64,000 bases of DNA from Candidatus Eiseniibacteriota bacterium (GTDB lineage: Bacteria; Eisenbacteria; RBG-16-71-46), in NCBI GenBank assembly GCA_016215625.1, contig JACRIW010000047.1, positions 6,281-70,280 on the forward strand, given 5' to 3'. This document shows positions 58,220-64,000 of the stretch, piece after piece; the stretch's first letter is position 1; every line of letters starts with the position of its first letter. The notes under the pieces are model-generated. The model did not search any database, was not told where the DNA came from, and saw only the letters and a list, made by a program, of their open reading frames with translations. Made by a program: the position numbers and the translations under genes.

Positions 58220-59823
58220 ATCCGGAACACGCCGAACTTGGCCGGCGGGATCGGGGCGTTCAGGCACGAACTGAGCGCGAGGCCGAGCACGTCGCGCGTG
58301 GACGCCGGATCGATCACGCCGTCGTCCCACAGCCGCGCGGTCGAGTAGTACGGATTGCCCTCTTCCTCGTACTTCGCGAGCACCGGCTCGCGGATCGCGC
58401 GCTCTTCCGCCTCGGAGAGCGTCTTGCCCGCGGCCTCGAGCTGCTGGCGCTTGACCGTCGTGAGCACGCTCGCGGCCTGCTCGCCGCCCATGACCGAGAT
58501 GCGGCTGTTCGGCCACATGAACAGGTAGCGCGGCTGGTACGCGCGACCGCACATGCCGTAGTTGCCGGCGCCGAAGCTGCCGCCGACGATCACGGTGATG
58601 CGCGGCACGGGCGCGTTCGCGACGGCATTCACCATCTTGGCGCCGTCCTTCGCGATGCCGCCGTGCTCGTACTGCTTGCCGACCATGAAGCCGGTGATGT
58701 TCTGCAGGAACAGCAGCGGCGTGCCGCGCTGCGAAGCGAGCTGCACGAAGTGCGCGGCCTTCTGCGCGGACTCGCTGAACAGGATGCCCTGGTTCGCGAG
58801 GATCGCGACCGGCATGCCGTGGATGTGCGCGAAGCCCGTGACGAGCGTCGTGCCGTAGCGCGCCTTGAACTCGTGGAAGCGCGAGCCGTCCACGACGCGC
58901 GCGATCAACTCGTGCGCGTCGTACGGCGTGCGCGCGTCGGCGGGAATGACGCCGTACAGTTCGGCCGGGTCGTACGCGGGCGGCTCGCTCGGGCGCAGGT
59001 CGAGCGCCGCGCGCTTCGCCGCGCCGGCGTGCGCGACGATGCTGCGCGCGATCTCGAGTGCGTGCGCGTCGTCGTCGGCGAGGTGATCGGCCACGCCGGA
59101 GATGCGCGTGTGCACGTCGCCGCCGCCGAGTTCCTCCGCGGTCACTTCCTCGCCCGTCGCGGCCTTCACGAGCGGCGGGCCGCCGAGGAAGATCGTGCCC
59201 TGGTTCTTCACGATCACCGTCTCGTCGCTCATCGCGGGCACGTACGCGCCGCCCGCGGTGCACGAACCCATCACGACGGCGATCTGCGAGATGCCCTGCG
59301 CCGACATGCGCGCCTGGTTGTAGAAGATGCGCCCGAAGTGATCGCGGTCGGGGAACACGTCGGCCTGCAGCGGCAGGAAGGCGCCACCGGAGTCCACGAG
59401 GTAGACGCACGGCAGGTGGTTCTCGAGCGCGATCTCCTGCGCACGGACGTGCTTCTTGACCGTCATGGGCAGGTAGCTGCCGCCCTTCACCGTGGCGTCG
59501 TTGGCGACAACCATCACCTGGCGGCCGTGCACCACGCCGACGCCGGTCACGACGCCGGCCGAGGGCGCTTCGCCGCCGTAGAGCCCGTTCGCGGCGAGCG
59601 GCGAGAGCTCGAGGAACGGCGTGCCCGGATCGAGCAGGCGTTCGATGCGTTCGCGCACGAACAGCTTGCCGCGCGACGTGTGGCGCGCGACCGCCTCGGC
59701 GCCGCCGCCCTGGGCGACGGCCGCGAGGCGCTGCGAAAGGTCGTTGGCGAGGGCGCGATGGTGCGCCGCGTTGGCCTGAAACTCCGGGCTGGCCGGATCG
59801 AGATGGGATTCGAGGCGTTCCAT
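58216..59823 (-). CDS. Methylcrotonyl-CoA carboxylase beta subunit (carboxyltransferase)
   Basis: [29 protein letters not shown]...[27 protein letters not shown]... carboxyltransferase signature. ~535 aa. Confidence 0.85.
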   Translation of the reverse strand: MERLESHLDPASPEFQANAAHHRALANDLSQRLAAVAQGGGAEAVARHTSRGKLFVRERIERLLDPGTPFLELSPLAANGLYGGEAPSAGVVTGVGVVHGRQVMVVANDATVKGGSYLPMTVKKHVRAQEIALENHLPCVYLVDSGGAFLPLQADVFPDRDHFGRIFYNQARMSAQGISQIAVVMGSCTAGGAYVPAMSDETVIVKNQGTIFLGGPPLVKAATGEEVTAEELGGGDVHTRISGVADHLADDDAHALEIARSIVAHAGAAKRAALDLRPSEPPAYDPAELYGVIPADARTPYDAHELIARVVDGSRFHEFKARYGTTLVTGFAHIHGMPVAILANQGILFSESAQKAAHFVQLASQRGTPLLFLQNITGFMVGKQYEHGGIAKDGAKMVNAVANAPVPRITVIVGGSFGAGNYGMCGRAYQPRYLFMWPNSRISVMGGEQAASVLTTVKRQQLEAAGKTLSEAEERAIREPVLAKYEEEGNPYYSTARLWDDGVIDPASTRDVLGLALSSCLNAPIPPAKFGVFRM

Positions 59824-60044
59824 GGCGGCGGAAACTAGCGCAAAACGCATGGGGTCGCATCGCGGGATGCGCGGTCCGCGAGGGGCCCCGCGGGGGCCGC
59901 CCCCGCAAAGCCCGGAAAGCACGTCGGCGAACGCCGCGATACGCGTGGCACATGCGATGCGATGCAAGGGGTCACCCTCGGAGTCCCTGGACGGTCCCTT
60001 TCCCCCCGGCCCGTCCGCGTCAGCGTCCCTGCCGGAGATCCGCC

Positions 60045-60908
60045 ATGTCCGCTTCGAGGCAACCCGCACGACTTCTCGCCGCCGCGCTGCTGGCCGCGAT
60101 TTCCCTGACCGCCACGATGGCGTCTGCGGACGCCGGCGGCCCCGAGCAGGCGGGAGTGCGGACGGCACTCTCCGACGCCGGGCTGCTGAACGATCCGCTC
60201 GCCCTCGCCGGCGCCGTGACCACGCTGGGCGACGTGCGCATCACGCACCACCTGCGCACGAGCGAGCCGCAGATCGACGTCACCTGGGATGCGCAGGACG
60301 CCGCCGGGCGGCCGGTGCTCGCCACCGTTCGTGTCGCCCGGCGGATCACGGGAAAGCTCGACATCGAGCGCGCCGACGCGGAAGGTCTCGCCCGCTTCGC
60401 GCGCAAGGACGTCGACGACGACGCCGTGCGCCAGGTGACGCTGCGCCGTGAAGGCGACCGCTGGCGCGTGAGCGCGATGAGCGCCGAGGTGCTCGCCTCG
60501 CGCGGCGGCCGCACGCAGCTGCCGCTCGTGGACTTGAACACGCACGCCGTGAGCAGCGGCCACCTGAGCGTGCTGTCCGATCTCGACGAGCTCGCCGTGC
60601 TGCCGCAGACGTGCGCGGTGACGCAGGCCGGCGACGTCGTGCGCGTGTTCGTGAGCGGCGTCGCGAAGGACGCGGTCGTCACCGTGTTCGCGAACGGCCG
60701 TTCGTACGCCGCGAAGTCCGACGGCGAAGCCCACTTCGAGGCGGCGGTGTCGCTCCCGGGCGATGCCCGCCTGCAGTCCATCGGCGTGACGGTGTACTCG
60801 CGCGCCAGCGTCTTCGACCCGTCGGCTCCGGCGGACTCGCGCACGTGGATCCTCCCGATCCTCGTGGGCGCGCCACCGGCGCTCGGGGAGCAGTACTTCG
60901 GCTCGTAG
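60045..60908 (+). CDS. Hypothetical secreted protein
   Basis: Start [28 protein letters not shown] (signal peptide). No recognised domain. Confidence 0.5.
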   Translation: MSASRQPARLLAAALLAAISLTATMASADAGGPEQAGVRTALSDAGLLNDPLALAGAVTTLGDVRITHHLRTSEPQIDVTWDAQDAAGRPVLATVRVARRITGKLDIERADAEGLARFARKDVDDDAVRQVTLRREGDRWRVSAMSAEVLASRGGRTQLPLVDLNTHAVSSGHLSVLSDLDELAVLPQTCAVTQAGDVVRVFVSGVAKDAVVTVFANGRSYAAKSDGEAHFEAAVSLPGDARLQSIGVTVYSRASVFDPSAPADSRTWILPILVGAPPALGEQYFGS

Positions 60909-60955
60909 AGCCGGCAGCGGTTGCGTCACACCGGAGGGGTCCGGTGGAAAGCGGA

Positions 60956-60989
60956 GCGGGCGCCCGGGAGAGAGAGACCGGGCGCCCGC
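60956..60989. terminator. Bidirectional terminator hairpin between convergent genes
   Basis: gcgggcgcccgg-gagagagaga-ccgggcgcccgc 12-bp stem. T-rich flanks on both strands (CGCTTTCC / CCGTTCGTG). Confidence 0.55.
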
Positions 60990-61013
60990 CTCCGTTCGTG
61001 CCGCCTGGCCGCG

Positions 61014-61532
61014 TCAGCCCTTCGCGCGCGCCGCCATCATCGCCTGCGTCTCTTCGCGGTTCGGGCCGTACAGGCCCGGCGGCGTGCCACCCGCCATGCG
61101 GCACATGAGCACGAGCTCGCCGCGGTGGTGGATGTTGTGATGGAGCAGGTAGCTCCACAGCACGTCGCCCTTGCGGATCGGCTGGCCGTCGAAGCCCGGC
61201 ATCTTCTCGTCGAGCGCCTCGGGCTTCATCGCCCGCACCTTGGCGATCGCGTCGGCATGCACGCGTTCGTACGCGGGCGCGAGCTCGGCGATCGTGCGCG
61301 GCCGCTCGAGCCCCGGCAGCTTTGTGCCGAAGTCGAAGGCGCCCGTGGCCACGGCCGCGGCCATGTAGCCGTCGCCCTCGGCCAGATGCCACGCGAGCTC
61401 GCCGATCGAACGCCACTCGGGCTGCGGGCGGTAGTCGTACTGCTTTTCGGGCAGCGCCCGCATCAGCTGCGCGTTGCGCTGCGCTTCGAAGCTCCAGGTG
61501 GCGAGGAACGTCTCGAGTTCGCGGCTGGCCAT
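61014..61532 (-). CDS. DinB/YfiT-family metal-dependent protein
   Basis: MASRELETFLATWSFEAQRN...HLAEGDGYM...LLHHNIHHRGEL; the His triad is typical of DinB_2. Confidence 0.7.
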   Translation of the reverse strand: MASRELETFLATWSFEAQRNAQLMRALPEKQYDYRPQPEWRSIGELAWHLAEGDGYMAAAVATGAFDFGTKLPGLERPRTIAELAPAYERVHADAIAKVRAMKPEALDEKMPGFDGQPIRKGDVLWSYLLHHNIHHRGELVLMCRMAGGTPPGLYGPNREETQAMMAARAKG

Positions 61533-61612
61533 GCGTACCTCCGAGGATGGATGGGAGAACCGGGCACCGCGGGGCAGTGTCCGCACCGCCCGGGACTCGC
61601 GCAACGGCCAAA

Positions 61613-62842
61613 TCACCGGCGCGGCCGCACCTCGAGCCGCGCGACCTCGGCACGCCGCGGATAGCTTTCCGGAAGCCGGTGGAAATCCGCGTTCGCGTCG
61701 CTGATGCGCTCGTTCACCGCAGTGGCGGCGAGCGTCCACGCCCCGCGCGGCGCCGACCGCACGCGCAGCGTGAGCACGCGCTCCCCGCCCGGCGCGAGCC
61801 GCTCGTCGGCGAGCTTCCTCGGCGCGGGCCACCACTCCCACTTCTGGCCGATGCGCACCTGCTCGCGCGCGAGCGTGTCGCCGCGCTCGCCGATCGCCGC
61901 GAGCGTCACGATCACCGCGCGTTCGGGATCGCCCGTCGGCAGCATGTGGCCGGCGTTCACGTTCACGACGCGCACGCGCCACGCGAGCGGCGCGCCGGGC
62001 ACGGCGCGCACGAGCGTGTCCGCGCGCAGTTCGACGCCGGGCGGACGGCGGGCGGCGAGCGAGTCCCAGAGCGCGGGCAGCGTCTCGTGGCCCTTCTTCA
62101 GGTGGCTGCCGATCCAGCCGTGCATGCCCACCCGGCGCACCGGCCCGCCCGCGACGAGGGGGCGCTCGACGGGCGGCATGTGGCAGTCCTGGCACACCGT
62201 GCCCGCGGCGGCGAAGGGGCCCGCCTTCCACTCGGCGCCCGTGTCGAACGTGCACACGAACGTCTTGCCCGGATAGGCCTGCACCGCCTGGTGGCAGCGC
62301 AGGCAGAAATCGGCGCTGCGCAGGGCCGGATCGAGCCGCGTCGCATGCGGCGCGTTCGTGCCGCCGAACGGCCCGACGACCGCGCCGTCGCGCACGTGGC
62401 AGGCCGCGCACGTGATCGCCTCGTCGCGCAGAGCGGCGCCGGCCCAGCGCGGGTTCGCGCGCTTCACGGGACGCTCGACGTCGCCGCCTTCGAGGCGCAC
62501 GACGAGCGAGTCGAGCTGGTTCACGAGCGGCGTGTGGCAGTTGATGCACAGCCAGCTCACGCCGGGCTGCTTGGCGAGCTCGGCGCGGAACTGCGGATCC
62601 ACCCACGCCTGCGCGTGCACGGACTGCTTCCACTCGCGATAGATCGCGACGTGGCACGAGCCGCACTCCTCCGCCGAGAGCGACTTCAATCCCTTCGGCA
62701 CGCGCTGCCCGGCGAACGGCTGCTCGAACCGGGGGCGCGAGGCGTAGAACGCCGGCAGCCCGTCGCGCGAGGGTGCGCAGCCGGCGAGCCACGGCATGGC
62801 GCACGCGAGCAAGGCCGCGGCGAGGGGCGCGACGCGCCTCAT
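61613..62842 (-). CDS. Multiheme c-type cytochrome lipoprotein (5 CxxCH)
   Basis: Lipobox LAGC. Haem sites CGSCH, CINCH, CAACH, CLRCH, CQDCH. Confidence 0.8.
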   Translation of the reverse strand: MRRVAPLAAALLACAMPWLAGCAPSRDGLPAFYASRPRFEQPFAGQRVPKGLKSLSAEECGSCHVAIYREWKQSVHAQAWVDPQFRAELAKQPGVSWLCINCHTPLVNQLDSLVVRLEGGDVERPVKRANPRWAGAALRDEAITCAACHVRDGAVVGPFGGTNAPHATRLDPALRSADFCLRCHQAVQAYPGKTFVCTFDTGAEWKAGPFAAAGTVCQDCHMPPVERPLVAGGPVRRVGMHGWIGSHLKKGHETLPALWDSLAARRPPGVELRADTLVRAVPGAPLAWRVRVVNVNAGHMLPTGDPERAVIVTLAAIGERGDTLAREQVRIGQKWEWWPAPRKLADERLAPGGERVLTLRVRSAPRGAWTLAATAVNERISDANADFHRLPESYPRRAEVARLEVRPRR

Positions 62843-62846
62843 GCGC

Positions 62847-63317
62847 TCAGAACCGGCGGACGACTTCGTACTTCTTCGGATCGTCCACGAACGCGGCCTT
62901 GGTGGAGTCGCTCGAGAAGAAGTACGGGCCGCCGACCCAGTAGGCCGCGGGCGTTCGCGACGACGGCAGGAAGCGCCGGCCGTTCACCGGATCGCGCACG
63001 AGCCCGCAGTAGAGCGCGGGCGCGTTCACGAAGCGCCGCATGTTGCGCTCGTCCGCGAACCGGTAGACCTCGCCGTTCACGCGGTAGTGCAGCGAGTCGG
63101 CCAGCGACCCCACGCGCGCCGGGTCCACCGGGTCCCACAGCGCGCGCTGCAGGTGGAAGAGCGCGAACTCCGAATCCACGACCGGTCCCGACGGGACCGC
63201 GTCCGGCACTCAGGTGAAGCGCGACGACTGCGCGCACGATTCGCGCGGCGGCGCCGCGAGCACGGCCAGCGCCGCCAGCGAGGCGGCGACGGCGAGCGTG
63301 CGGAAGACGTGTCGCAT
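62847..63317 (-). pseudogene. Secreted YHS-domain protein with in-frame TGA (63210..63212) between signal peptide and mature domain
   Basis: ATG at ~63317 gives MRHVFRTLAVAASLAALAVLAAPPRESCAQSSRFT-TGA-VPDAVPSGPVVDSEF.. in one frame. Downstream region carries a YHS-like motif (PVNGRRF...YFFSS...FVDDPKKY). 2-nt gap to the cytochrome gene. Confidence 0.55.
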
Positions 63318-63527
63318 GCGGGAAGGACTCCGGGACGGAGGGCGGAGGTGTCGGCGGCGGCGATGCTAGCACGGCGCCGCGCGATCCCGCGGTCACGCCG
63401 CGGCAAAGACCCCGCGGGGCGCGTGCCGGAAGCGCGCGAGCCCGGCGCTCCGAAGAGTGCCGGGCCCGGCGCCACCTGTTCCGGGGTTCGCGGGTCCGGA
63501 TCAGGAGGTGCAACGCATGGGACGTTG

Positions 63528-64000
63528 CTACTGCGAGCGGCGCACCTGGATCGAACCGTTCACGGTGTTCGCGCTCACGCGCGCGCCGCCGCTTCCGATC
63601 GTGCCGTCGAACGACTTCGGACCCCACTTGCCTTCGACCGTGATGGGATAGTCGGTGTGGATCGAACCGTTGACCGTTCCGCCGGACAGCCGCGCGCCGA
63701 CGCCCTCGGGCATGAGCAGCGTGATGTTGCCGTTCACGGTCTCGAACTTGAGACGGTCGTCGGCCTTCATGCGGCCGAGCACCGCGCGCACGCCGCCGTT
63801 GACCGTGCTCGCCTCGCCGCTCTGCGACGTCTCGATGTCGCACGTGCCGTTCACCGTGTGCGCCGTGACGCGCCCGGAGAGCGCGTGTGCCGTGATGCCG
63901 CCGTTCACCGTGTTCGCCGAGAACTCGAGCCCCGCGGGCACGCGGATCGTGAAGTCCACCTGCACGTCGGAGTTGTTGCGGCCCAGGTTCCAGCGCCGGT
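63528..64000 (-). CDS. DUF4097-like TVNG-repeat beta-helix (adhesin-like) protein; 3' part, N-terminus beyond window end
   Basis: Repeated TVNG motifs. Reading frame stays open upstream of the track's first GTG (..GRNNSDVQVDF..) to the window edge. Confidence 0.55.
   Translation of the reverse strand, partial: RRWNLGRNNSDVQVDFTIRVPAGLEFSANTVNGGITAHALSGRVTAHTVNGTCDIETSQSGEASTVNGGVRAVLGRMKADDRLKFETVNGNITLLMPEGVGARLSGGTVNGSIHTDYPITVEGKWGPKSFDGTIGSGGARVSANTVNGSIQVRRSQ

Noticed and set aside
63210-63212. TGA as selenocysteine codon in the YHS-domain gene
   Set aside because: No Cys-x-x-Sec or other redox-active context around the codon, and the flanking motif (SSRFT-U-VPDAV) is in the signal-peptidase region. 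Kept only as a low-probability alternative in the finding.
1-64000. rRNA / tRNA genes anywhere in the window
   Set aside because: Scanned for T-loop and anticodon-arm signatures and for rRNA-like conserved stretches. None recognised by eye. Cannot exclude without a covariance-model scan.

Overview
High-GC (~70%) bacterial chromosomal window with about 50 genes. Nearly all lie on the minus strand between 3.5 and 64 kb; the many long plus-strand ORFs in the track are antisense shadows. The organism looks Gemmatimonadota-like (inference from several cargo proteins carrying a Por/T9SS-type C-terminal sorting domain). Conserved housekeeping genes are present: glyQ, recO, ybeY, phoH with the 7TM-HD hydrolase, methylcrotonyl-CoA carboxylase alpha/beta, and a liuC-like hydratase. 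Accessory content includes an ECF sigma / zf-HC2 anti-sigma / TPR-CHAT lipoprotein operon, and a second TPR-CHAT protein. There are five large secreted cargo proteins with the same ~80-aa C-terminal sorting domain: an NHL-repeat protein, a CotA-like multicopper oxidase, a Kelch propeller protein, a degenerate-repeat protein and a 1350-aa Calx-beta protein. A DUF222-HNH endonuclease sits next to a 456-nt repeat-rich noncoding tract. The most striking feature is an 11-gene TetR-linked minus-strand operon (36.5-47.0 kb). It encodes a benzoyl-CoA-reductase / 2-hydroxyacyl-CoA-dehydratase-family radical enzyme (two HgdA/B-like subunits plus two distinct BadF/BadG/BcrA/BcrD ATPases). These lie beside a beta-oxidation-like module: a dienoyl-CoA-hydratase-like crotonase, a thiolase with its DUF35 partner (BbsAB-like), an SDR, a Zn-ADH, and a long crotonase reminiscent of the ring-cleaving hydrolase Oah/BamA. 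Three coding anomalies stand out. An in-frame TAA splits the NHL gene. An in-frame TGA separates a signal peptide from a YHS domain next to a multiheme cytochrome c. A frame change or split separates the biotin-carboxylase and BCCP parts of the MCC alpha subunit. The stop/start overlaps GTGA (five junctions) and ATGA (three junctions) recur, indicating translational coupling. No rRNA, tRNA or CRISPR was recognised. Start coordinates are derived from ORF-track arithmetic and may be off by a few codons.
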